Source of the DNA: an uncultured Gammaproteobacteria bacterium
Lineage (GTDB): Bacteria; Patescibacteriota; Patescibacteriia; Magasanikbacterales; UBA922
DNA: 64,000 bases
Assembly (NCBI GenBank): GCA_964447765.1
Contig: CAYUTO010000004.1
Location: forward strand, 22,561-86,560
Direction: 5' to 3'
Shown: one piece after another, positions 50,177-59,929 of the stretch
Position numbering within the stretch: the stretch's first letter is position 1
How the letters are laid out: the number at the start of each line of letters is the position of its first letter
Program-made: the position numbers and the translations under genes
Notes under the pieces: model-generated
Database searches by the model: none
The model's input: the letters and a program-made list of their open reading frames with translations, nothing else
What the model was told of the DNA's origin: nothing

Positions 50177-50704
50177 TTATAAGTGATACTTTTTCAATTC
50201 CCGCTCACGTACTCGATAATCCGGTAAAATAGTACCAACCTCTGCCCAGAATTTTGCTGAATGATTATGATGTCTCAGGTGGCAGAGCTCATGCACAACA
50301 ACATAATCAAGCAATGCTTCAGACAAAAAAATTAGTTTATAATTAAAATTCAAATTTTCTTTAGTAGAACAACTCCCCCAGCGACTCGAGGTATTTTTAA
50401 TTGAAATCCGCTTGAAGGTAAATCCATGGACATGCGCAAAATGCTTTACACGCTCAGTAATTATTTTCTTTGCACGGGCTTTATTCGCATGATATGAAAA
50501 CTTCGGACCAGAAAACTCAGATTTTTTGACTGTTTTTAATTTTTGCAACACCCCATCAATCCAATCATGCTTAGTTTTTACAAATTTTTCAATCACTGAT
50601 TTTGAAACGCTCTTAGGAGCAGTTACTCGCACTTTTCCTTTGGAATTTACGGATAACGTAATACGTCGCAGTCGTGCGCGTCTATGTAAACTAAAATCAT
50701 GCAT
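50177..50704 (-). CDS. YgjP-like (DUF45 / WLM-type) zinc metallohydrolase
   Basis: HELCHLRHHNHSAKFW (HExxH...H) near the C-terminus; about 175 aa. Confidence 0.75.
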   Translation of the reverse strand: MHDFSLHRRARLRRITLSVNSKGKVRVTAPKSVSKSVIEKFVKTKHDWIDGVLQKLKTVKKSEFSGPKFSYHANKARAKKIITERVKHFAHVHGFTFKRISIKNTSSRWGSCSTKENLNFNYKLIFLSEALLDYVVVHELCHLRHHNHSAKFWAEVGTILPDYRVRERELKKYHL

Positions 50705-50708
50705 AATA

Positions 50709-51836
50709 CTAAGCGTTTTTCACTGCCTCGGCAACTCGCTCTGCAACTCGCTTATCAAACACATCAGGAATGATGTTCTCTTCAGAAGGATTTTCAACGC
50801 ACGAAGCAATCGCTCTCGCTGCTGCAAGTTTCATTTCAGTCGTGACTGTTCGTATTCGAGCATCGAGAAGCCCTCGAAAAATTCCAGGAAACGCGAGTAC
50901 GTTATTAATTTGATTTGGAAAATCACTTCTGCCCGTTGCAACAATTCGAGCTCCTCCGAGCTTAGCCTCATCTGGCATAATTTCAGGAGTTGGATTTGCA
51001 AGCGCACATACGATTGCATCACTGCTCATAGTACGAACCATTTCAGTACTCAAGACTCCAGCTTTACTTACGCCAATAAAAACATCAGCACCCTGTATTG
51101 ATTCAGCTAGCTTTCCACGAACCATTTCTCGATTCGTAATACGCGCCATTTCAATTTTCTCATCATTCAAATCTTCCCTGCCTTCATAAATAGTTCCCGT
51201 AGAATCAACAAGGATAATTGAAGTGGCTCCAGCGGCAATAAGTAATTTTGCAATTGCAATTCCAGCCGCACCCGCACCATTAATAACTATTTTTGCAGTC
51301 TCAATTGATTTGTTAGTGACTTTAAACGCATTAATCAACCCAGCTAGAACAACAATAGCTGTACCATGTTGGTCATCATGAAAAACAGGAATATCCAGTC
51401 GCTCACTCAATTTTCGCTCTACCTCAAAACAGCGAGGAGCCGCAATGTCTTCGAGATTGATTCCACCAAATCCTGGAGAAATACGAACTACAGTTTCAAC
51501 AATCTCATCCACATCCTGTGTATTCAAGATAATCGGAAAAGCATCTACTCCACCAAATTCTTTGAACAAAATACATTTACCTTCCATTACCGGTAACCCC
51601 GCCTCTGGGCCAATATTCCCTAATCCTAATACTGCGCTCCCGTCAGAAACTACGGCAACCAAGTTTCCTTTTCGTGTATAGTCATAGACTTTACTCACAT
51701 CCTTCGCTATCTCCTTACACGGTTCAGCAACGCCCGGGGTATACGCAAGACTTAGCTCCTCCCGATTGGTAACTGGAACACGAGAAACTACTTCTATTTT
51801 ACCGTTATATTTTTTGTGAAATTCTAATGAATCCAT
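50709..51836 (-). CDS. NAD(P)-dependent malic enzyme (short form)
   Basis: Malic-enzyme N-terminal block (LSLAYTPGVA...VVSDGSAVLGLGNIGP) and Rossmann segment GAGAAGIAIAKLL. Confidence 0.85.
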   Translation of the reverse strand: MDSLEFHKKYNGKIEVVSRVPVTNREELSLAYTPGVAEPCKEIAKDVSKVYDYTRKGNLVAVVSDGSAVLGLGNIGPEAGLPVMEGKCILFKEFGGVDAFPIILNTQDVDEIVETVVRISPGFGGINLEDIAAPRCFEVERKLSERLDIPVFHDDQHGTAIVVLAGLINAFKVTNKSIETAKIVINGAGAAGIAIAKLLIAAGATSIILVDSTGTIYEGREDLNDEKIEMARITNREMVRGKLAESIQGADVFIGVSKAGVLSTEMVRTMSSDAIVCALANPTPEIMPDEAKLGGARIVATGRSDFPNQINNVLAFPGIFRGLLDARIRTVTTEMKLAAARAIASCVENPSEENIIPDVFDKRVAERVAEAVKNA

Positions 51837-51838
51837 AG

Positions 51839-52876
51839 TTATCTCAAATATTTCGCCACATTCATATTATGTTCATCAAGCGTACGTCCATACTTTACTT
51901 CTCCCGTATCAAGAGTAGTCAAAAAATACCAATAACTATTAGGAGTTGGATGGAGCACTGCCTCAATTGAAGAAACACTCGGAGCTGAAATAGGACCAGC
52001 AGGAAGTCCGGGATATTTATACGTATTCCATGGTGAATCAGTATCCCGGTCCTTTGCAGTAGTAAATACACTATCAGGAGTACCTACAATATAGTGCACC
52101 GTGGAGTCAGCTTGCAGAGCCCAGCCAGACTTAAGTCTTCTCCAAAAAATATCAGCAACAATTTTTCGATCTTCCAAACTTCGTACTTCCCGCTCAAGTA
52201 CACTCGCAAGTGTCAAAATTTCAAACACACTCCGACCCGATTTTTCGATATCAGACCTAAATTTTTCAATCTGATCCTCTCGTTCGTTAATAAATTTATT
52301 CACTACTTCAAGTAGTGTTGCTTGTGCAAATACATTAAATGTCTCGGGAGCAAGATACCCTTCCAAACTTACATTTTCAGACTTACCATGAAATAAAAAA
52401 CGATTCACATCAATATCCAATTCAGGTTTTTGTAATTTCACTGGGGTACCGAGCAATGTATACACCTCAGCACTCGTCGCTATTCCCTGCTTTTCAAAAC
52501 TCTCCGCAATATCTCGTAAATTTGAACCCGGGATAATCGTCACTACACGCTCTGCCCCTGGTTTTTCCTCTGAAAGTAATTCAGCAACGCCAACAATCGT
52601 CAGAGCCTTATCAAAAATGATAGTACCATGTGTGATCGAACGGTCGAACTTTTTCCACGCAACATACTTTTGCAAAATTGATGCACTGGAAACAATATTC
52701 ATCTCCTCTAGACGCTTCGCAATTGAAGCGACGCTCTCCCCTTGCTCAATAGCAAAGGAGACTTCGGAAGTAAAATCAAACTTCGTAACATAGATTTTTC
52801 TATACAAAACAAAAACAACGATACCCAAAATAAGGACGATTAACAAAAATAATCGTTTCAGTAGTTTAAAACTCAT
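51839..52876 (-). CDS. mltG: Endolytic murein transglycosylase MltG (YceG-like)
   Basis: N-terminal TM anchor and the YceG-type C-terminal catalytic region (SPWNTYKYPGLPAGPI...YWYFLT). Confidence 0.8.
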   Translation of the reverse strand: MSFKLLKRLFLLIVLILGIVVFVLYRKIYVTKFDFTSEVSFAIEQGESVASIAKRLEEMNIVSSASILQKYVAWKKFDRSITHGTIIFDKALTIVGVAELLSEEKPGAERVVTIIPGSNLRDIAESFEKQGIATSAEVYTLLGTPVKLQKPELDIDVNRFLFHGKSENVSLEGYLAPETFNVFAQATLLEVVNKFINEREDQIEKFRSDIEKSGRSVFEILTLASVLEREVRSLEDRKIVADIFWRRLKSGWALQADSTVHYIVGTPDSVFTTAKDRDTDSPWNTYKYPGLPAGPISAPSVSSIEAVLHPTPNSYWYFLTTLDTGEVKYGRTLDEHNMNVAKYLR

Positions 52877-53925
52877 AAATAATTTTCTTTACCGTCTTCT
52901 TGAAGTTTAGATAACAACGCTTTGATTTCAGGAACCTGATCTTTATGAACCACCAAAAGTGCATCCTTGGTATTCACCACAACCATCCCTTTCAAACCAA
53001 TCACAGAAACTAATTTATCAGGCTCATCATTGAAAACAAAAGAATCACTCGAACCCATTTCATAAGTATTACCAATCGTAACAGTTTGATCAGGTCTACT
53101 CTGTAATGCTTCTTTGAGAGCATACAGTGTTCCTGGATCACTCCAACCCAAATCTACGGGCAATACAACTGCCTGTGATTGATCAATTTTTTCAATAATT
53201 GCATTATCAAAAGATGAAACCAGCACACTCGAATATTCTGTTTCAAGATTGCGAGATCCCTCAACCATTGCAGAGACTGCAGTATATAGGTCATGTTGAT
53301 GTTCCTGGTACAGTCCTAGTACAAAATCAATGTCTGCAACAAAATATCCCGGATTCCACTGCCACATACCCGAATCAAACATCTCTTCACATTCAACAAG
53401 ATCTGGTCGATATTTCCATCCCTCAAAAGTAAACACTCCTTCTCCAATCTCTTCACCAACTTGTATCCAACCTAAATTATGATTAGGAAATCGTGGTTTT
53501 TCTGCGAGAAAAATAAATCGATTACTATTTTCAGCAATCAATTCTTCTGCACGAACAAGAGCAGCGCGAAAATTGTCTGGTCGATCCATAAAATGATCTG
53601 CCCAGAGCAAGGCAACCGTGCCTGAAATCCCCTTCTGTTTGAGTCGCAAAAGTCCGAGCAATACTGCTGCAGCCAAATCTCTCCGCGCAGGCTCACTCAT
53701 AATATGGTCCACTGGTATTCCAGGGATCTGACCCTCGACCAATTCTACATATCGACTATTAGTTGAAATATAGACATGCTCAAGCCCAAACGGCGAGATT
53801 CGCTCGACCGCCATCTGAAGCGTAGACTTGTCATCTTTTAATTTTTCAAACTGTTTTGGAGACTGTGACCGGCTAATAGGCCACAATCGAGTGCCTGCTC
53901 CACCTGCAAAAATAAGAAAATTCAT
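52873..53925 (-). CDS. Mannose-1-phosphate guanylyltransferase-like nucleotidyltransferase
   Basis: N-terminal FAGGAGTRLWP sugar-nucleotidyltransferase motif; start trimmed to the ATG at 53925 (the track ORF starts at a GTG). Confidence 0.75.
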   Translation of the reverse strand: MNFLIFAGGAGTRLWPISRSQSPKQFEKLKDDKSTLQMAVERISPFGLEHVYISTNSRYVELVEGQIPGIPVDHIMSEPARRDLAAAVLLGLLRLKQKGISGTVALLWADHFMDRPDNFRAALVRAEELIAENSNRFIFLAEKPRFPNHNLGWIQVGEEIGEGVFTFEGWKYRPDLVECEEMFDSGMWQWNPGYFVADIDFVLGLYQEHQHDLYTAVSAMVEGSRNLETEYSSVLVSSFDNAIIEKIDQSQAVVLPVDLGWSDPGTLYALKEALQSRPDQTVTIGNTYEMGSSDSFVFNDEPDKLVSVIGLKGMVVVNTKDALLVVHKDQVPEIKALLSKLQEDGKENYL

Positions 53926-53936
53926 AGATACGTACC

Positions 53937-54503
53937 TTACCACAAGAAACTAAATGGTTCAATAATATAATACAAAGCCAGTGGTAACAGCGCCAAAATA
54001 GCACTAGCTACAATAAATCCCCCCACAATATCACGAGGATAATGCACTCCTACATATACCCGAGAAAATGAGACAAAAATAGCAGAAATATACATGATGG
54101 CCATTAACCATAGAGGCGTCGAGGGTAGGAACAGTAATACTCCCGCGAGAAGAAAAGCACCAATAGTATGATCAGAAGGAAACGATTTCCAGGTGCCCAC
54201 GGTATGTATGAGTTGTCTACTCTCAGGAAATTCAATTCGTGGACGAGGATGCTTGAATAAAACAGCAAAAAGATAACTAACCATCTCAGCACAAATAAAC
54301 GCAATAATAAATAACTCAAGATAAAGTTTTAACCAAGAACTGTTCCCCTGACTCCATACATACAATCCATAGACAGTAACCAAAACAAGCATGAGAAAAA
54401 CTAAAATATTGGCACAAAAAATCATAAATCGATCACGACGAGGATTTTTTCCAATAGACGCGTTAATCCTCAAAAATAATTTGTGGCTCCAAGATTGTTT
54501 CAT
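53937..54503 (-). CDS. PAP2-family membrane phosphatase
   Basis: KxxxxxxRP...PSDH...SRxxxxxHxxxD motifs (KHPRPR, FPSDHT, SRVYVGVHYPRD). Confidence 0.7.
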   Translation of the reverse strand: MKQSWSHKLFLRINASIGKNPRRDRFMIFCANILVFLMLVLVTVYGLYVWSQGNSSWLKLYLELFIIAFICAEMVSYLFAVLFKHPRPRIEFPESRQLIHTVGTWKSFPSDHTIGAFLLAGVLLFLPSTPLWLMAIMYISAIFVSFSRVYVGVHYPRDIVGGFIVASAILALLPLALYYIIEPFSFLW

Positions 54504-54512
54504 ACGAACCCT

Positions 54513-55622
54513 TTATTGTTTGGATTTAATAAACCTAAGATACGCTTCGACAAATTCATCTAATTCTCCATTCAAAATAGCGTCCGTATCTGCAGTCTCA
54601 TGTCTAGTGCGAACATCTTTCACCATTTTATAAGGCTGCAATACATAGGATCTAATTTGATTCCCCCATTCAGCGCTCTTATGTTCTCCACGAAGTTTCA
54701 GTCGTTCTTCCTCTTCTTTTTCATCCTGAAGCTTAAGCAACTTTGAAAGCAATACTTTCATTGCAGTTTCTTTGTTTTGTAATTGTGATCGTTCATTCTG
54801 ACATTGCACCGTAATCCCCGTAGGAATATGAACTAACCGCACAGCTGAATAAGTAGTATTTACGCTCTGCCCACCTTTTCCACCTGCCATGAATGTATCA
54901 ATACGAAGATCTTTGGGATCAATAGTGACCGCATCAGCACTTTCAACCTCAGGAATTACTTCAATCAAAGCAAAGGAGGTGTGTCGCATCTGTTCAGCAT
55001 CAAACGGTGAAATTCGTACCAGGCGATGGGTACCATGCTCACTTTTCAGATGACCGTAGGCGTAACGCCCTTCAACTCTAAAGGTTACTGATTTAATCCC
55101 CGCTTCATTCCCTCGTGATTCATCAATCATGATTGTATTCCAACTTTTTTTCTCAGCATAACGCATCACCATACGAAGAAGCATCTCCGCCCAATCTTGA
55201 GCTTCAGTCCCTCCGCTCCCCGCATGAATGGATACAATCGCACCAAGTTTATCATGCTTTCCACTCATCAAAACCAAAAATTCTAATTTTTCAAACTTCC
55301 TCTCCAACTCTTCTGTTTTTGTTATGACATCAACCTCGAGTGACTCATCCGGACTTTCCACCAAATCTTGTGCAAACGAAAAAAGCTCACGAGTTTCTTT
55401 CTGAAGAGTTTCCCATGTTTCAATTTCAGACGCCAAACTCTCTCGCTGTTTTGATACTTGTCCAGCTCGCTCTGAATCGGTCCAAAATGCAGGATCCTGC
55501 ATACTTTTTTCCAAATGTACCACCTGCTCTTTAAGCTCATCAATCCGAAGAAGTTTCCACGTATCAGTGATTTTAGTATCAAGCGTTTCTAGTCGTCCAA
55601 TTACGTCTTTAATAGTACTCAT
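54513..55622 (-). CDS. prfB: Peptide chain release factor 2 (single uninterrupted ORF)
   Basis: SPF tripeptide (RISPFDA) and GGQ region (GGKGGQSVNTT); QCQNERSQLQNK as in RF2. 369 aa. Confidence 0.9.
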   Translation of the reverse strand: MSTIKDVIGRLETLDTKITDTWKLLRIDELKEQVVHLEKSMQDPAFWTDSERAGQVSKQRESLASEIETWETLQKETRELFSFAQDLVESPDESLEVDVITKTEELERKFEKLEFLVLMSGKHDKLGAIVSIHAGSGGTEAQDWAEMLLRMVMRYAEKKSWNTIMIDESRGNEAGIKSVTFRVEGRYAYGHLKSEHGTHRLVRISPFDAEQMRHTSFALIEVIPEVESADAVTIDPKDLRIDTFMAGGKGGQSVNTTYSAVRLVHIPTGITVQCQNERSQLQNKETAMKVLLSKLLKLQDEKEEEERLKLRGEHKSAEWGNQIRSYVLQPYKMVKDVRTRHETADTDAILNGELDEFVEAYLRFIKSKQ

Positions 55623-55784
55623 AATAGAGCTAGTGTAACGAAAATAGAAGGATAATTCAAGTATAAAAATGAAGAAGCCCGGACCGTTGTTACACGATTC
55701 GGGCTTCGGTCATAGTCCGAGTCGCCACAGCAGACCGGGGTCTGAAATGATAGGATGTCGAACTAATGTTGTGTTGTAGTTCCG

Positions 55785-56534
55785 TCAGGTCGGGAGGTAT
55801 CCCGACGCAGAACCGTTGTACGGACTAGCTTCATCGATCCAGCGTGCACTGAAATACAGACAATCCATGTTCTGAATATTGAAGTTCGGGGCGCACATTT
55901 CTCGTCCAAGGAGATCCAACGGATCGTATGCATCTCCAGCACAATCGATATTCAAATCACTACGATGCTGCAGACGTTCAGGATGCGTCAGAAGCATGGT
56001 CCCGACCATGTATGAGTCGAGACCGAACTCATTTCGACCGAACATCTCACGCGCTCGACGGATCGAACGTCCGCGGTGACGGAGTCCGAATTGAGCAGGA
56101 ATGATGAGGATATCGCCCGACTGTTGTTCCGTGAGCCGCGTGAGCCATGTCCAGTGCAGAGACTTCGTGCGGTGTATCTGCTGCGGAACGAACTTGGAAT
56201 TTCCAAGACGCACGCCCGTGCCACGACTCAGACGAAGCGCTGCCAGCACATGAGCCAACTGATTTGTCTCTTTTTCAAACGTACGAGAGTCACTACCATC
56301 ATGGCAGTACAGATTCTTCGGTCGGACGAGAGCGAAGGGGTCCTCCACCCACCTGGGAATCTTGAGGTTCGGATACACCTCGCGCATGTACCGCAGAGCA
56401 GGATCAGGATCCAGATTCGACCAGTGAGACCGGATGATGTCGATCTGGTCCTCCACACTCTTCGGCTTCTCATAGCCAGAGTAATAACCCCACTTGGACA
56501 CCTTCTCTTCGTTAGCGAATCGGTTGCTCATCAC
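55785..56534 (-). CDS. Hypothetical protein (249 aa) in a G+C-rich islet
   Basis: Uninterrupted ORF, visibly GC-richer than its neighbours, with a hairpin downstream (gaagcccg...cgggcttc); no recognisable domain. Confidence 0.45.
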   Translation of the reverse strand: MMSNRFANEEKVSKWGYYSGYEKPKSVEDQIDIIRSHWSNLDPDPALRYMREVYPNLKIPRWVEDPFALVRPKNLYCHDGSDSRTFEKETNQLAHVLAALRLSRGTGVRLGNSKFVPQQIHRTKSLHWTWLTRLTEQQSGDILIIPAQFGLRHRGRSIRRAREMFGRNEFGLDSYMVGTMLLTHPERLQHRSDLNIDCAGDAYDPLDLLGREMCAPNFNIQNMDCLYFSARWIDEASPYNGSASGYLPT

Positions 56535-56673
56535 AGATCTCCTGATTGATTGTGGTTCGGTCTGACAATGTGCCAGATTCTAATACTAAACTTCTCAGAA
56601 CAAAGCAAACTACCATAATAAGTGCTTTTTGTCAATACAAAAACTCCCCGCTTTAGACGGAGAGTTTTTAAAA

Positions 56674-59600
56674 CTATTTCAACTCTTCACCATCCTCATA
56701 CACTTCATTCTCATCAATTACGATGATGCGATCTCCTCTAAAGTTAAGTTTAGTGAATGCATCTTCAGTTACGATCCATCGTTTGATGAGCTTAGATGAA
56801 TCAGTAGGATCTACTTCAAGACGATACACTTTGGGAGAAGTAGTATATTTGATGAGGGTGTAGGCAGGATGAACGTCGGTTCTCGTAATCTCTTCACCCA
56901 CCTTATATGCATCAAGAAGACGAGGGTCTACATCTTCAATCCAGTCTGAGCGATAGTTCAACTTGTTGAACACTTCTTCACTGGTAATCCAGTATTTCGT
57001 ATCATTAATGAGTACATAGACTTTAGGATCATAGGGAGTTTTAATGAGTGCTCCATAGGTTGGACGATACAGGGGTCCGAGAGGTAAGAATGACAGCGGA
57101 TCAAGAGGGACTGAAGTGAGGGTTACATTGGTAACCACACCTACATCACTCCATGATGAGAAGTAAGTAAAATACGTTCGTTCATTCGGAATTGGCCGCC
57201 TCGTACAGTCTGACGTGACATAGAATACTGAAGGAGAGCCTGATGATTTATATGGCTGCTCCGGAGTAAGTGGACATGCGTTTGAGGTAAGGGTAATCGT
57301 GTCTGAAAGAATGAGTTCTCCCCCTTCAGGAGTTCGTAATTTAACGTATACGGTCTTTTCTCCATTCCCAAGAGGGAGCGTGTACCAGAGTGGAGAGATG
57401 AGTGATTCAAATGATCCATTGGCGAATGTAGGGTCAGTAGAAACAGCAACCATGGAAGCATTAGGTGAAGTTATATGCAGAGACACCAAGCGACTGTTTG
57501 TTGAGAGTGCTCCCTGGTTGATCGTGAAGTGAGATGCTGAAGACGGAAGGGTGGGAGGAAGGTATGGGATACCGCCGTTTGAGGAAGATGTATCGTTAGA
57601 GTCACTGTCACCCTCCCCTTCTTCACCCATCAGAGCAAAAAGTGAGAATCCAGGAGTGTCACAGGTGACGGTAAAAAGACTCGTGTTAATTGTGCACGGA
57701 GAGAGTTCGGTCCATGTGCTAGTTGCATAACGATAAATAACTAAGGTAGTAGGGTCGAGACTCCCAAGTGTATCTGGATCGTAGGTCATGGTGAGTTCAA
57801 TTGGTTCATCGAATTCTGAGATGATAGTTGAGGTGTTTGCAATTGCTTTGAGATGAAAAACGAGAGAACCAACGACTGTTCTACCAGCAGGAATGCCTCC
57901 GTCTTCAATCACCGTTACAGTATCTACTTGTTTAATCTGGAACACAACATCAGTGGAAGTAGTAAATGCAGGAGGAATATCAAGAGCAATACTCTCAGCT
58001 ACCGTCTCAAGTTGAATAGTAGCACCTAAACTTGAAGAAACTGCAGAACTCTCTGAAGCAATTACCGGCGCTGAAAATGAACACCCTTGAGTCACAAACG
58101 TGCGATGAGAACTAGTTGCAACATCACCATCAGCTGTCACAGCACGAGGAGTGTAGTGATAAACCGTACAAGGTAGTAACCCAGTCATCAAAACTTCATG
58201 AGTAGTAACTCTGGAAGATGTATTACTCTCAGTAGTCGAAACTCCCAGTGATGCAACCAACCCATACAACACTCGAGATGAAGCAAGTCGATTAGTAGAC
58301 CACGAGATAGTAGCAGTTGAAGTGCTGATATTAGTTGAAGTGACACTAGAAATGCTTAATAGTGCGTTAGTGATAGTAGAAGTAACAGAAGAATACGCAC
58401 TCGAAGTCGATACGTTATCAGCGCGCACTTGAAATGAATAACTAGAATTAGGAGTGAGTCCAGTAAAAGTATAACTTGTCTCAGTAGTAGTAACGACTGA
58501 CCCCACAGTACTAGAGATAGAGTAGAATGTTGCACCTGCAGCAGAAGACCACGACAATTGAACTGAAGAAGTAGAAAAAGTACTTGTAGTAAATTCAGGA
58601 GAGGAAAGACTAGTCAATTCTGAAAATGTCAAAATATATGCAGCTCCTGAATTAGAACCATTTACATTTGTTTCACTTGGAGCACCTACAATCAACACAT
58701 CATTAGTTTTATCAAAAGAAACCTCAACACCAAACCATGAATCAATACTTGCATCAGATGCAACCAATTTTTCATTCTCTTCCCAATCTCCACTTTCTCG
58801 GTCAAAAATATATACGGCTCCAGTGTCAGTAGTATTACCAGATGCACCAATCGCAACTTTCTCACCTAGACCATCGATTGCAACAGCTTCACCAAAAAAG
58901 TTACTTGCTGCAGCATCACTTGCGACAACCTTTTGATCTAATGACCACGATACCCCACTCCGCACAAAAACATACCCCGAACCAGAAGCACTCCCAGCGT
59001 CATCATTTGAATAAGCTCCAACAACGACATACTCCCCTGAATCAGAAATGGAAACTGCATTACCAAAAAAATCACTAGCGGCAGGATCATTTGCATTTAG
59101 TTTTGCCTGTTGAGCCCAAGTACTGGTCGTACGATAAAACACATAGGCAGAACCAGAACTAAGAGCAGTATCATCATCATTCGGAGCTCCGACAAGTATA
59201 TAATCACCTGATTCTGAGATATCTACAGCTCGACCAAACCAATCGTCAGCCGCCCGGTCGGTAGGAACTATTTTTTGCTGTTGTGACCATACTCCACTTC
59301 CATCTCTTTTAAAAATATATGCAGAGCCTGCTGCACTCAATGTATTAGCACCCGCAGCATCCTGATCCTCGCGATATGCACCAATAATTGCATATTCACC
59401 CGCCATAGCAAGTTTATCACCAAAAAAATCTTGATTTGCAAGATCACTTGAAACAAGTCTTTGATGAAGATCCCATGAGGAGCCCGTACGTTTATAGACA
59501 AACACCGCACCAGCCTGCGACCCATCATTATGGTCGGTCACCATAGCATAATCACCCGCAATCGCTACATTTTCCGCAAAAAAAGTAGAACCAGTCGATG

Positions 59601-59868
59601 TGGTAATCATCGCCTGCTGAATCCAAGAACCATCCTCAAAATGAAAAATATAAGCTTTCTTTTGATTATCAACTCCAACTATTGCATAGTCGCCAGAGAC
59701 ATCAACTGAGTATCCAAATCCCTGACTAGCCACTCCATCTGAAGGAAGAATTTTAGCATCTTCTACCCAAGCGGCCCGAATAAAATCAAAATGAATATAA
59801 AAAGATAAAAAACCAAAAGCAATAATGCTTAAAATCCAAAAAGATTTGTTAAAAAGAAATTTTTGCAT
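56674..59868 (-). CDS. Giant secreted or surface-anchored protein (1064 aa): N-terminal signal/anchor, FG-GAP-like beta-propeller repeats, two FN3-like domains, conserved C-terminal module of about 450 aa
   Basis: N-terminal hydrophobic segment. Repeats of the type DFFGxAVxIxxxGDYxxVGAP. FN3-like segments (LSWSSAAGATFYSIS...SYSFQVRADN). The C-terminal region is nearly identical to its downstream paralog. Confidence 0.7.
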   Translation of the reverse strand: MQKFLFNKSFWILSIIAFGFLSFYIHFDFIRAAWVEDAKILPSDGVASQGFGYSVDVSGDYAIVGVDNQKKAYIFHFEDGSWIQQAMITTSTGSTFFAENVAIAGDYAMVTDHNDGSQAGAVFVYKRTGSSWDLHQRLVSSDLANQDFFGDKLAMAGEYAIIGAYREDQDAAGANTLSAAGSAYIFKRDGSGVWSQQQKIVPTDRAADDWFGRAVDISESGDYILVGAPNDDDTALSSGSAYVFYRTTSTWAQQAKLNANDPAASDFFGNAVSISDSGEYVVVGAYSNDDAGSASGSGYVFVRSGVSWSLDQKVVASDAAASNFFGEAVAIDGLGEKVAIGASGNTTDTGAVYIFDRESGDWEENEKLVASDASIDSWFGVEVSFDKTNDVLIVGAPSETNVNGSNSGAAYILTFSELTSLSSPEFTTSTFSTSSVQLSWSSAAGATFYSISSTVGSVVTTTETSYTFTGLTPNSSYSFQVRADNVSTSSAYSSVTSTITNALLSISSVTSTNISTSTATISWSTNRLASSRVLYGLVASLGVSTTESNTSSRVTTHEVLMTGLLPCTVYHYTPRAVTADGDVATSSHRTFVTQGCSFSAPVIASESSAVSSSLGATIQLETVAESIALDIPPAFTTSTDVVFQIKQVDTVTVIEDGGIPAGRTVVGSLVFHLKAIANTSTIISEFDEPIELTMTYDPDTLGSLDPTTLVIYRYATSTWTELSPCTINTSLFTVTCDTPGFSLFALMGEEGEGDSDSNDTSSSNGGIPYLPPTLPSSASHFTINQGALSTNSRLVSLHITSPNASMVAVSTDPTFANGSFESLISPLWYTLPLGNGEKTVYVKLRTPEGGELILSDTITLTSNACPLTPEQPYKSSGSPSVFYVTSDCTRRPIPNERTYFTYFSSWSDVGVVTNVTLTSVPLDPLSFLPLGPLYRPTYGALIKTPYDPKVYVLINDTKYWITSEEVFNKLNYRSDWIEDVDPRLLDAYKVGEEITRTDVHPAYTLIKYTTSPKVYRLEVDPTDSSKLIKRWIVTEDAFTKLNFRGDRIIVIDENEVYEDGEELK

Positions 59869-59929
59869 AGTCCTATAATAAAGTATAGTGATAGTATATC
59901 ATATCAAAAAATAAAAATTTTAACCTTCT

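Noticed and set aside
54513-55622. Expected +1 programmed frameshift in prfB
   Set aside because: The RF2 ORF is continuous from its N-terminus through the SPF and GGQ motifs. No shift is needed.
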